A stretch of 64,000 bases of DNA, taken from assembly GCA_045863295.1 (NCBI GenBank), contig BTWA01000005.1, forward strand, positions 128,001 to 192,000, in the 5' to 3' direction. The notes below the pieces were generated by a model. The model saw nothing but the letters and a program-made list of their open reading frames with translations. It searched no databases and had not been told where the DNA came from. Position numbers and translations under genes: made by a program. The number at the start of each line of letters is the position of its first letter. Positions within the stretch are counted from its first letter, which is position 1. This document shows positions 20,304 to 28,906 of the stretch, one piece after another. This stretch comes from Candidatus Hydrogenedentota bacterium (GTDB lineage Bacteria > Hydrogenedentota > Hydrogenedentia > Hydrogenedentales > SLHB01).

Positions 20304-21173
20304 ATGCCGTACCCGCCAGCACACTTGCCTGAAAGTTGTCAGCTTACGTTGTGGCTGGCAGAGTATTGCTTTGTCACGGTATCGCCTGGGCCCATTTTTA
20401 CACCGCATTCGCTTCAGACAATTTATCGGACTCCTTTGTACACCACGTCCGGCGCGCCTGGGATATTGAACATACTCAAGGAGGCGTTTAAGGCCAACCC
20501 GACCTTGCCGCCGCAAGGTTCACCCGCGCCGCCCATCGGCAACTACATTACGCCGGCAAGGCGAGCCCGCGTCGTGAAAGCGATCGATGTCTTTGCGCTT
20601 GGCGGCGCCAATGCACTGACCATAGAGCAAATGCTGATTCAGGGCATCCGGCGAAATCGCGATGCACGAACCCCGCGGACCCTGGAAGGGATTCTCAAAG
20701 TGTTGGCGAACAACGGCATCTACCTGGCCAACAATCACACGTCGCCGAGCGCCAGGACGGAAATCGAGACTCTTTTGGTGGGACGTGCCGGCCTTGAGAG
20801 CAGTCTGTGGGATTATATGGGGACGCTGGGGGCAGGGGGCAATGTTCAGTTTGGCAGCATTACGATGCGGCAACTCTTTGAGACTCCTGCTGCGAACCTG
20901 ACGGGCGAGTTTTTCCTTGCGGTTCGGCGAGCGAAGCGGATGGGTATTTTGTGGGCGCATCCGAGGTACAGCGCGATTGGCGACCCGACGGGTATCGCAC
21001 TTGCGTCGGCTTCTGGATTTGAGGGCGCCGCCATGTTCTACGGCCGGGAAGGCAACAAGAAGTGCTGTTATGAAGGCGCCTGCTGGGATTCCGAGGACGA
21101 CGACGACTATTGCGAACCGGTCGAGGGAGTCAATCCGCCGGTATGCAATGCGATGAGCGATCCGTGTCATTGA
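20304..21173 (+). CDS. Uncharacterised protein with six-Cys C-terminal tail, paralog 2
   Basis: AAGGAG RBS; same conserved motifs as paralogs 1 and 3. Confidence 0.9.
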   Translation: MPYPPAHLPESCQLTLWLAEYCFVTVSPGPIFTPHSLQTIYRTPLYTTSGAPGILNILKEAFKANPTLPPQGSPAPPIGNYITPARRARVVKAIDVFALGGANALTIEQMLIQGIRRNRDARTPRTLEGILKVLANNGIYLANNHTSPSARTEIETLLVGRAGLESSLWDYMGTLGAGGNVQFGSITMRQLFETPAANLTGEFFLAVRRAKRMGILWAHPRYSAIGDPTGIALASASGFEGAAMFYGREGNKKCCYEGACWDSEDDDDYCEPVEGVNPPVCNAMSDPCH

Positions 21174-21229
21174 ACTAAGAGAAGCCGGTTGCGGAACTGG
21201 CGTATCGGGTACTTAGAAGGAGAGTTTGC

Positions 21230-22075
21230 ATGGCCTATCCCCCATCCAACCTGCCGAAGAGTTGCCGATTGACCTTGTGGCTGGCGGAGAGCGCCTATAA
21301 CGTGTCTGTGCCCACCCATGACAATCCCAACAACACCCGGGCACGAACCCTGCGAGAGATTTACGAGTTACCGCTTTATGGAGGCAATGCCGGGCTGCTG
21401 GACCTGATGTACAATCACATAAACAATGCGTCGAACTGGCGCGACTACATGACGGATACGGTGCGTTCCGATATTCTGAATGCCATTGTGAGATTCAAAG
21501 AGAAGGACCAAGACCGCAGTCACCGCTTTACGATTCGTAAAATGCTGCGAGACGGCGAACGGCGGAGCAACGCGAATCCTGGCGCCGGCACGTTGTCTGG
21601 CTTTCTGCGCGTCATGCTCAACAATGGGGTGTACTTCCCGAACAATCACACTGACGAAGACAAGTTGGGCGCAATCGGTGACATTTTGGATGATCCCAAG
21701 CCCGGCAAGACTCCGCTTTGGGACATGGAAGGCGAGATCAAGGATCTTGGCAAGTACAAGTTTGGCGATTTAACCATGAAGATGTTGTTTGAAACCCCGC
21801 TCAAGAAACTCGACCGGGAATTGTTTCGTGCAGTCCGTAAGGCGAAGCGCATGGGCATTATGTGGGCCGATTTGAAGTATAGGGAAATTGGCAATCCAAA
21901 ACCGGTAAGTGGCAAGCGAGATGACCAAATCGAGATGCTGTTTTACGGTGAGGAGAACCAGAATTGTTGTTTTCAAGGCACTTGTTGGCCCTCCGACGAT
22001 CATGACGATTATTGCGGCGCCATTGAGGGTAGCAATCCACCTGAATGCAGCGCCATGAGTGACCCTTGCCACTAA
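21230..22075 (+). CDS. Uncharacterised protein with six-Cys C-terminal tail, paralog 3
   Basis: AAGGAG RBS; same motifs; RRSNANPG.-TLSGFLRVML is shared with paralog 1. Confidence 0.9.
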   Translation: MAYPPSNLPKSCRLTLWLAESAYNVSVPTHDNPNNTRARTLREIYELPLYGGNAGLLDLMYNHINNASNWRDYMTDTVRSDILNAIVRFKEKDQDRSHRFTIRKMLRDGERRSNANPGAGTLSGFLRVMLNNGVYFPNNHTDEDKLGAIGDILDDPKPGKTPLWDMEGEIKDLGKYKFGDLTMKMLFETPLKKLDRELFRAVRKAKRMGIMWADLKYREIGNPKPVSGKRDDQIEMLFYGEENQNCCFQGTCWPSDDHDDYCGAIEGSNPPECSAMSDPCH

Positions 22076-22097
22076 ATTGAAGTGCATTTGTGATTTG

Positions 22098-22134
22098 TTG
22101 CCCATCGGCGATCCGTCTCGGTGGGCAATTTTTT
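22098..22134 (+). terminator. Rho-independent terminator closing the paralog array
   Basis: TTGCCCATCG ... CGGTGGGCAA stem followed by TTTTTT. Confidence 0.85.
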
Positions 22135-22186
22135 CCTATCACCACTATTCGATTCCGCAAAACCCTACTTGTAGTAACACTTTCCG

Positions 22187-22215
22187 TTGACAACCTCTAT
22201 ATGTTGTGGTAGGCT
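22187..22215 (+). promoter_or_regulatory. Sigma70-type promoter upstream of fliQ
   Basis: TTGACA (22187-22192), 17-nt spacer, TAGGCT (22210-22215) with extended -10 TG. Confidence 0.6.
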
Positions 22216-22321
22216 CATTCTTGCCGACCTTGCACACCCATGGATGGGGTAAACCCATGCAAGCGGCTGAAATTAAACAATTTATGGCAATAACTGCCAC
22301 CATTGGGGGCTTTGCACACCG

Positions 22322-22591
22322 ATGTCGCCGGATGTGGTTATTAACTTGGGCCGTGACGCGATGCTCGTCACGTTGCTGGTTTCAGCACCGATGCTGCTAT
22401 CCGGGATGATTGTCGGGCTCGTTATCAGCATCTTCCAGTCGGTCACCCAGATTCAGGAAATCACGCTCACCTTCGTGCCTAAAATTGTGGTGGTGATGGT
22501 GGCGTTTCTGATTTTTCTTCCTTGGATGATGTCGGTATTGCTGGGATTCGTACAACCCTTGTTTGGCGAGTTCGGGACTATCTTGTTCTGA
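22322..22591 (+). CDS. fliQ: Flagellar export gate protein FliQ
   Basis: GLVISIFQSVTQIQEITLTFVPK. Confidence 0.95.
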   Translation: MSPDVVINLGRDAMLVTLLVSAPMLLSGMIVGLVISIFQSVTQIQEITLTFVPKIVVVMVAFLIFLPWMMSVLLGFVQPLFGEFGTILF

Positions 22592-22645
22592 ATCTCGTGC
22601 AGGGCAGCCCCCGTAGCCTTTGGCTGCGGGAGTCGAAAGGCACTG

Positions 22646-23416
22646 ATGGTATTTGAGGTCGAAGTATTCAAGGTCTTTGCGCTGGTGATGATACGTTTCA
22701 GCGGGCTGATCGTGTCGGCGCCCATCCTTGGATCCAACAATTTTCCGGTGATGGCGAAGGCGGGTCTGGCGGCGTTTTGCGCGTTGCTGATCACGCCGGT
22801 GTTGCCATCTTTGCCCGAGCCTTTGCCGGACACGGTGCTGGGACTCGCCGCGATGGGCGTTGGTGAACTGCTCATCGGGTTGATGATGGGGTTTGTGATG
22901 ACGTTGCTGTTTGCCGCGATTCAGGTGGGCGGGCAAATCATCGACATGCTCAGCGGGTTCGCGTTGATGAACATCTTCAATCCGGCCCTGGAAACGCAGG
23001 TGCCCATTTTTGGTTTCTTTTTGTTCATCATGGCGACGCTGTACCTGTTGGTTTTGAATCTCCATCACGTAATGTTGCGCGCGTTGGCGGCGACGTTTGA
23101 CAAGATACCGCTGGGCGGTTTCGTGGCGAATCCCGCGTTGCTTCGTGAAGTGAGCACGTGGGGCAGCGCGATGTTCTATGACGGTCTGTTGATAGCTGCT
23201 CCAGTGACGGCGGCGCTGCTTTTGACGTATGTGACGATGGGGCTGTTGGGGCGGCTGGTGCCTCAATTGCATTTGTTCGTGGTTGGATTTCCGTTGACGA
23301 TTGGCATGGGGCTTCTGGTGGTGGCTTTCTCGATCGGCCTGTATCTGCAGGTGGTCGACGGCATGTATCACCGGATGATCCAGAACTTGACCGTGGTTGT
23401 ACGAGGGATGGCTTAA
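22646..23416 (+). CDS. fliR: Flagellar export gate protein FliR
   Basis: R.SGL..AP, GELLIG, GQIID..SG, LNLHH, RLVPQL..VGFP. Confidence 0.93.
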   Translation: MVFEVEVFKVFALVMIRFSGLIVSAPILGSNNFPVMAKAGLAAFCALLITPVLPSLPEPLPDTVLGLAAMGVGELLIGLMMGFVMTLLFAAIQVGGQIIDMLSGFALMNIFNPALETQVPIFGFFLFIMATLYLLVLNLHHVMLRALAATFDKIPLGGFVANPALLREVSTWGSAMFYDGLLIAAPVTAALLLTYVTMGLLGRLVPQLHLFVVGFPLTIGMGLLVVAFSIGLYLQVVDGMYHRMIQNLTVVVRGMA

Positions 23417-23419
23417 CGC

Positions 23420-24538
23420 ATGGCGGAAGACCTAGGCGGAGAGAAGACATTACCCGCGTCGCCACGGAAGATCAGTCAGGCGCGCGAGGAAGGAAACGTC
23501 GCCAAGAGCGCTGATTTGAACGCAGCGCTGGCGCTTCTTGTCGCCGCGTTCGGCCTGTGGTACATGGGCCGCGAATTGATGGAACGCATGGTGCATACCA
23601 CCGCGGTGTACTTCGAGAACATCGGCACATTTGAAGTGACGGTTGAGAACGCGGTGGACGTGGCCGTGGATGTGACCCAACGGTTGGGCGTGTTGGTGCT
23701 GCCGTTGGCCATACTGTTGACGGTGGCCGGCCTGGCCGTGAATTTTCTGCAGGTGGGGTTTTTGTACGCCCCGAAGGCGCTGCAGCCCAAATTCAGCCGT
23801 TTGAATCCGATTGCGGGATTCAGCCGGTTCTTTAAACTGCGCACGCTGGTGGATTTGATCAAGTCGTTGCTGAAAGTGGCGATTGTTACCTGGATCGTGT
23901 ATCTGACGCTGCGCAGCCGGATGGACGATTTGTTGTTGTACATGTTTTTGACGCCGCTTGGCATTACGCACCAAATGGCCGATTTGATTTACCTTGTGTG
24001 GCTGCGCGCCGCGGGGGCCATGTTGATTCTCGGACTGCTCGACTTTGGTTTTCAGAAGTGGCAGTACAACAAAGACCTGATGATGACCGTGCAGGAGATG
24101 AAAGAAGAGAACAAGCAGATGGAAGGCGATCCGCGCATCAAACAGCGCATTCGCCAGATCCAACGCCAGATGGCGATGCAGCGGATGATGAAAGAAGTGC
24201 CGAAGGCGGACGTCATCATCACCAACCCGATTCGATTTGCGGTGGCGATCCGGTATGACATGGGCAACATGGCGGCGCCGGTGGTTGTGGCCAAAGGCGC
24301 GCGTTTGCTGGCCAAGCGCATCCGCGAAATCGCGATGGAGAATCAGGTGCCCATTATCGAGAAACCGGAATTGGCCCGGGCTCTGTATAAGGAAATAGAA
24401 GTGGGCCATCCGATTCCGGAGAAGTTGTTCAAGGCGGTCGCGGAAGTACTTGCGTTCGTGTACCGGATCGATCGCCGGCAGGAAAAGATTCGCGAACGGC
24501 AGGCGAGCATGGTCCGTCCGACGTACGCGACGCAATAG
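23420..24538 (+). CDS. flhB: Flagellar export switch protein FlhB
   Basis: EKT..SPRK..AREEGNV, EGDPRIK, TNPIR, APVVVAKG, LARALY. Confidence 0.95.
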   Translation: MAEDLGGEKTLPASPRKISQAREEGNVAKSADLNAALALLVAAFGLWYMGRELMERMVHTTAVYFENIGTFEVTVENAVDVAVDVTQRLGVLVLPLAILLTVAGLAVNFLQVGFLYAPKALQPKFSRLNPIAGFSRFFKLRTLVDLIKSLLKVAIVTWIVYLTLRSRMDDLLLYMFLTPLGITHQMADLIYLVWLRAAGAMLILGLLDFGFQKWQYNKDLMMTVQEMKEENKQMEGDPRIKQRIRQIQRQMAMQRMMKEVPKADVIITNPIRFAVAIRYDMGNMAAPVVVAKGARLLAKRIREIAMENQVPIIEKPELARALYKEIEVGHPIPEKLFKAVAEVLAFVYRIDRRQEKIRERQASMVRPTYATQ

Positions 24539-24608
24539 ACGCGAGAGCAATAGGATTTGAGCGCTTCCCGCGAACGGGGAAGTACTCTTATTTGAGCGAG
24601 GGAATACT

Positions 24609-26702
24609 TTGGCGGTAGTGCCCCGGGAAATGACGATGCAGCCGGACACCGGCTGGTCGCGTATGCTGCGCAATCAGGATTTGGCGCTGGCGGTTGCCGT
24701 TGTGCTGATCCTGGCGGTGCTATTCATTCCCGTGCCCGCGATCGTGCTCGACGTGTTGCTGACACTCAATATTTCCCTTTCGGTGGTCATTCTCCTGGCG
24801 ACGTTGTATCTACGCGAACCCGTGGAATTTGCGGTATTTCCCTCGTTGTTGCTGATGTTGACCCTATTCCGGCTGAGCTTAAACGTAGCTTCGACCCGTC
24901 TTATACTCTCGGATGCAAGCGCCGGAAACGTAATTGACGCATTCGGAACTTTTGTGACGAGCGGAAGCTATGTTGTCGGCGTTGTTATTTTCTCCATTCT
25001 GGTTGTGATTCAATTCGTGGTCATTACGCGCGGCGCCACGCGCATCTCCGAAGTGGCTGCGCGGTTTACGTTGGACGCCATGCCCGGCAAGCAGATGGGC
25101 GTGGACGCGGATTTGAACGCGGGTCTTATCACGGAAGAACAGGCTCGGGCACGGCGGCACAAGATCGAGCGCGAAGCCGATTTCTATGGAGCGATGGACG
25201 GCGCGACGAAGTTCGTTCGCGGCGAGGCCATTGCTGGACTCATCATTACGCTTATCAACATCTCGGCGGGTTTCATTATCGGCATGCTGATGATGGGCAT
25301 GGACGTATCCGAATCCGCCGCCATCTATACCCGGCTTACGATTGGCGATGGCCTGGTTTCGCAGATTCCTTCGCTTCTGGTGTCCACGGCGGCAGGCATG
25401 ATTGTCACGCGGGCGGTTTCGGAAGACAACCTGGGTTCGGATCTGACGCGTCAGATGACGCGTTATCCCCGGGCCTTGGGGATAGCGGCGCTGATGCTGG
25501 CTGGCTTTGCCGTAGTGCCGGGAATGCCGACCGTACCGTTCCTGCTGGTGGCCGGATTTCTGGGCATGCTTGCGTTTCAAACGACGCAAGCGTTGAAAAG
25601 AGAAGAAGCGCAGGCCGTGGCCGAGAAGGCGATGGAAAAGGAAATCGCGCCGGAGCAGGCTGCTCCGCGCACGGAAGATTTGCTCACGGTGGATCCGCTG
25701 AAGATTGAGTTGGGATACGGATTGATTTCGCTTGCAGATCCCAAACAGGGCGGCGATTTGTTGACGCGTGTTCAGATCATCCGGCAACAGTTGGCGACCA
25801 AGCTGGGGATAATTGTGCCGGTTGTGCGCATTGTCGACAACATGCGCCTGAAGCCATCGGAATACCGCATCAAGATACGCGAAGCGGAAGTGGCCCGTTA
25901 CGAATTGATCACTGATCGCTACCTCGCCATGAATCCCGGTCTTGTAGACGAAGAAGTGCCGGGCGTGGCGACCAAAGAGCCAGCTTTTGGGTTGCCCGCG
26001 GTTTGGGTGTCCGACGAATACCGGCATCGCGCGGAGCTGATGGGATATACGATTGTGGAACCGACGGCGGTGTTGGCTACTCACCTGACCGAAATCCTGA
26101 CTGGTCACGCGGATGAACTATTGACACGTCAGGACGTGCGCAATCTGGTGGATCATGTAAAAGAGTCGGCGGCGTCCGTGGTTGAAGAACTGACACCGGG
26201 AATACTTTCACTCGGTGAGATACAGAAAGTGCTTCAGAACTTGTTGCGGGAGCGCGTTTCCATCCGGAATTTGGAGAGCATTCTGGAGGTGTTGGCGGAC
26301 TTTGGTCCGCGAACGCGCGATCCCGAGTTGCTGACGGAATATTCGCGTCATGCCTTGGCCCGTCAGATCAGCGCCGAGTATGCCGATGAAGACGGCGCAT
26401 TGCGTGTGGTTACGCTTGCACCCAATGTCGAGCGCGAGATATTGGATGCGATACAGCAGAGCCAAACCGGCGAATATATTCCGTTGCCCCCCTCGCGCGT
26501 GGACGAATTAGGGCGAAAGACGGTGGACGCCGTTCAGTCCCTGGTGATGGCGGGATACGAGCCTGTAGTGCTGACGTCCGCGCAGGTCCGGCGCTATTTC
26601 AAGCGGATTGCGGATCGGCACATGCCAAAGATAGTTGTGTTGTCCTACAATGAAATCGATCCGGCTGTGCGGCTGGAAAGCGAAGGACAGGTGAGCGCTT
26701 AA
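24609..26702 (+). CDS. flhA: Flagellar export protein FlhA
   Basis: FPSLLL, EVAARFTLDAMPGKQM, FYGAMDGA, TIGDGLVSQIP, LLRERVSIRNL; exact start (TTG 24609 or a nearby ATG) uncertain. Confidence 0.95.
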   Translation: MAVVPREMTMQPDTGWSRMLRNQDLALAVAVVLILAVLFIPVPAIVLDVLLTLNISLSVVILLATLYLREPVEFAVFPSLLLMLTLFRLSLNVASTRLILSDASAGNVIDAFGTFVTSGSYVVGVVIFSILVVIQFVVITRGATRISEVAARFTLDAMPGKQMGVDADLNAGLITEEQARARRHKIEREADFYGAMDGATKFVRGEAIAGLIITLINISAGFIIGMLMMGMDVSESAAIYTRLTIGDGLVSQIPSLLVSTAAGMIVTRAVSEDNLGSDLTRQMTRYPRALGIAALMLAGFAVVPGMPTVPFLLVAGFLGMLAFQTTQALKREEAQAVAEKAMEKEIAPEQAAPRTEDLLTVDPLKIELGYGLISLADPKQGGDLLTRVQIIRQQLATKLGIIVPVVRIVDNMRLKPSEYRIKIREAEVARYELITDRYLAMNPGLVDEEVPGVATKEPAFGLPAVWVSDEYRHRAELMGYTIVEPTAVLATHLTEILTGHADELLTRQDVRNLVDHVKESAASVVEELTPGILSLGEIQKVLQNLLRERVSIRNLESILEVLADFGPRTRDPELLTEYSRHALARQISAEYADEDGALRVVTLAPNVEREILDAIQQSQTGEYIPLPPSRVDELGRKTVDAVQSLVMAGYEPVVLTSAQVRRYFKRIADRHMPKIVVLSYNEIDPAVRLESEGQVSA

Positions 26703-26703
26703 C

Positions 26704-27996
26704 ATGGATCAGAAGCTGAGCCGTTATCGGGGTGACACGTTGGACGAAGCCTACGCGGAGATGCGCAGGGCCTTGGGGCCTGATGCGATTGTGCTGCGCA
26801 CGGCGTTTGTGCGTGAGGGCGGTCTCAGGGGATTTCTGGGCAAGAAGCGCGTTGAATTGACGGCCACCCACGCAGATGCGCCCGGAACATCCGATCGGCG
26901 GAAGAGCCCGATGGAGCGGAAGTACTCGGCTCAGATGAGCGGTCCGGACTCCAAGATTGGCTCGGACGAGCGCGTTGCGGATTCAGTGGCTCATTTCCAG
27001 CGCATGTTGACGGATGCGAGGCCTCGGGTGGGTAGTGGCCGCACATTTTCGCCGAGTATGCGGGGCAACGCGGCCATAGCCGTGGATGATAGTCCGATGG
27101 TCAGGGCGTTGCGCAGCGAGATACGCGAAATGCGATCGCTGATGGAAGTGCTGGTGGCCGAGAGTTCCTCAGAGACGGCGGCACCGGAGTATGCGCCCCA
27201 GTATCGGATGCTTGTGGAATCAGGCGTTTCGCGGGAGGCTGCGGCCTCACTGCTGGCACACGTGGCGCGCACGAGCGATGCGGACGTGATCCGGCGGCCT
27301 GAGGTGTTTCAACAACGCATCCACAACGAGATCCAGAAGCGGGTTTCGGTTACTGGTGGGGTTCGTGTCCGGCTTGGCACGTGCCGTAAAGTGGCGCTTG
27401 TAGGACCTACAGGCGTGGGAAAAACGACCAGCATTGCGAAGATGGCCGCCCGGCTTGCCGTGCATTCCAGGGCGCGCGTGGCCTTGATCACGGCCGACAC
27501 CTATCGCGTTGCGGCGCCGGATCAGTTGCGCGTGTATGCGAATATTATTGGCGTTCCCCTCCATGTGGTTCATGACAGCCGGGAGATGGCGGACGCTATT
27601 TTGGCGGTGAAGGACTATGATTTGGTCCTGATCGACACGGCTGGGGGCAGTCCGTTCAATACCACTCAAATTGGGGAGTTGGGTCAGGTGCTTCATGCCG
27701 CGTACCTCGACGAGGTCATGCTCGTGCTCGCGGCGAATACACGCGTGGAAGACATGCGGCACGCCGTGACGCATTTTGGCGCGCTTCGCCCCACGTCGAT
27801 ACTGTTTTCGAAACTGGATGAAACCACGTCGTATGGCGCCATATACACGATGGCGGAAGATACGGATTTACCATTGAGTTACTTCAGCACGGGTCAGAGC
27901 GTACCGGAGGACTTTGTAGCGGCAAAACCAGAGACAGTGGCGGGCCTGCTTTTTGACGGAACCAAAACCATGGCGGCGCTCACGCGCGAACCGTAG
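26704..27996 (+). CDS. flhF: SRP-family GTPase FlhF
   Basis: LGPDAIVL N-terminus, GPTGVGKTT, DTYRVAA, DTAG, SKLDET, GQSVPED. Confidence 0.92.
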   Translation: MDQKLSRYRGDTLDEAYAEMRRALGPDAIVLRTAFVREGGLRGFLGKKRVELTATHADAPGTSDRRKSPMERKYSAQMSGPDSKIGSDERVADSVAHFQRMLTDARPRVGSGRTFSPSMRGNAAIAVDDSPMVRALRSEIREMRSLMEVLVAESSSETAAPEYAPQYRMLVESGVSREAAASLLAHVARTSDADVIRRPEVFQQRIHNEIQKRVSVTGGVRVRLGTCRKVALVGPTGVGKTTSIAKMAARLAVHSRARVALITADTYRVAAPDQLRVYANIIGVPLHVVHDSREMADAILAVKDYDLVLIDTAGGSPFNTTQIGELGQVLHAAYLDEVMLVLAANTRVEDMRHAVTHFGALRPTSILFSKLDETTSYGAIYTMAEDTDLPLSYFSTGQSVPEDFVAAKPETVAGLLFDGTKTMAALTREP

Positions 27997-28007
27997 GAAT
28001 TCTTATC

Positions 28008-28880
28008 GTGTCGGACCAGGCGAGCAATCTTCGGGAATTCATACGCGACAACAAACGTGGGGCGCGAGTATTTGCCGTCACGAGTGGCAAAGGTGGCGTC
28101 GGCAAGACCAGCACGAGCATCAATCTTGCGATCGCGCTCGCGCAGCGGCAGTCACGCGTTGTGGTATTGGACGCGGATTTGGGTCTGGCCAATGTCGAAG
28201 TGATGCTTGGTTTGAATTCCGTTTACAACTTGCAGCACGTGATCACCAATGAACGCAGCATGATGGACATCCTTGTGCAGGGGCCGGGCGGTATCGAGAT
28301 CGTTCCCGGAAGCTCGGGGATAGCCCGGATGGTGGACTTGGGACCGCGCGCCCGGCAAAACGTGTTGAATGGGCTTCGCGATCTTCAGGCGAAGACGGAC
28401 TTCATTATCATCGACACCATGGCGGGGATTGGCCAGAATGCCGTGGCGTTTGCAGCGGCTGCCGACGAAGTGCTGCTGATATCAACACCGGAGCCGTCGT
28501 CTATTGTCGATGCGTATGCGACAGCCAAGACGATATTTCAATTGCGCGAAGATGCTTTTATACGCCTCATCGTGAACCAGGCGGGCAGTGCGCAACAGGC
28601 GCAAGCCGTGGCCGACAAGTTGGTGGCTGTAGCGCAGCAGTTTCTTGCGCGCAAGCTGCATTTCCTGGGTTGGATACCGCGGGATCCCCATGTGCAACAA
28701 GGTATCATGCAGTCGTACCCGTTTTACTTGCGGTTTCCGCACGCCCCGGCGTCCAAGGCGCTTGATGAGATTTCCGAACGCCTGCACCAGCAACGCCCGC
28801 AAACCGTGGATCGGCAACGGGCCGGCGGCGGCTTTTTCAGACGCATTGCGGAGAATCTGGGACTCGCGGGCAATGGCTGA
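28008..28880 (+). CDS. flhG: MinD-like flagellar number regulator FlhG/FleN
   Basis: DQASNLR N-terminus, SGKGGVGKT, DADLGLAN, TPEPSSIVDAY. Confidence 0.92.
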   Translation: MSDQASNLREFIRDNKRGARVFAVTSGKGGVGKTSTSINLAIALAQRQSRVVVLDADLGLANVEVMLGLNSVYNLQHVITNERSMMDILVQGPGGIEIVPGSSGIARMVDLGPRARQNVLNGLRDLQAKTDFIIIDTMAGIGQNAVAFAAAADEVLLISTPEPSSIVDAYATAKTIFQLREDAFIRLIVNQAGSAQQAQAVADKLVAVAQQFLARKLHFLGWIPRDPHVQQGIMQSYPFYLRFPHAPASKALDEISERLHQQRPQTVDRQRAGGGFFRRIAENLGLAGNG

Positions 28881-28906
28881 GACGCCGAATATGCAGGCGG
28901 GTATGA

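Larger units (their letters stand above)
19370..22075 (+). repeat. Four dispersed copies of a 30-nt 3'-end sequence (19370-19399, 20233-20262, 21144-21173, 22046-22075)
   Basis: tgcaatgccttgagcgatccatgcctctag / tgcaacgcgttgagcgatccgtgccactaa / tgcaatgcgatgagcgatccgtgtcattga / tgcagcgccatgagtgacccttgccactaa. Confidence 0.85.

Noticed and set aside
19370..22075. The 30-nt repeats as CRISPR repeats or integron attC sites
   Set aside because: They are in-frame coding ends that vary mainly at third codon positions, are spaced ~0.9 kb apart and are not palindromic; no cas or intI gene is present
22216..22321. c-di-GMP riboswitch in the fliQ leader
   Set aside because: Only a short imperfect hairpin; the conserved GEMM features are not visible
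23450..26108. Long minus-strand ORFs (407 and 409 aa) over flhB/flhA
   Set aside because: Antisense shadows of well-supported genes
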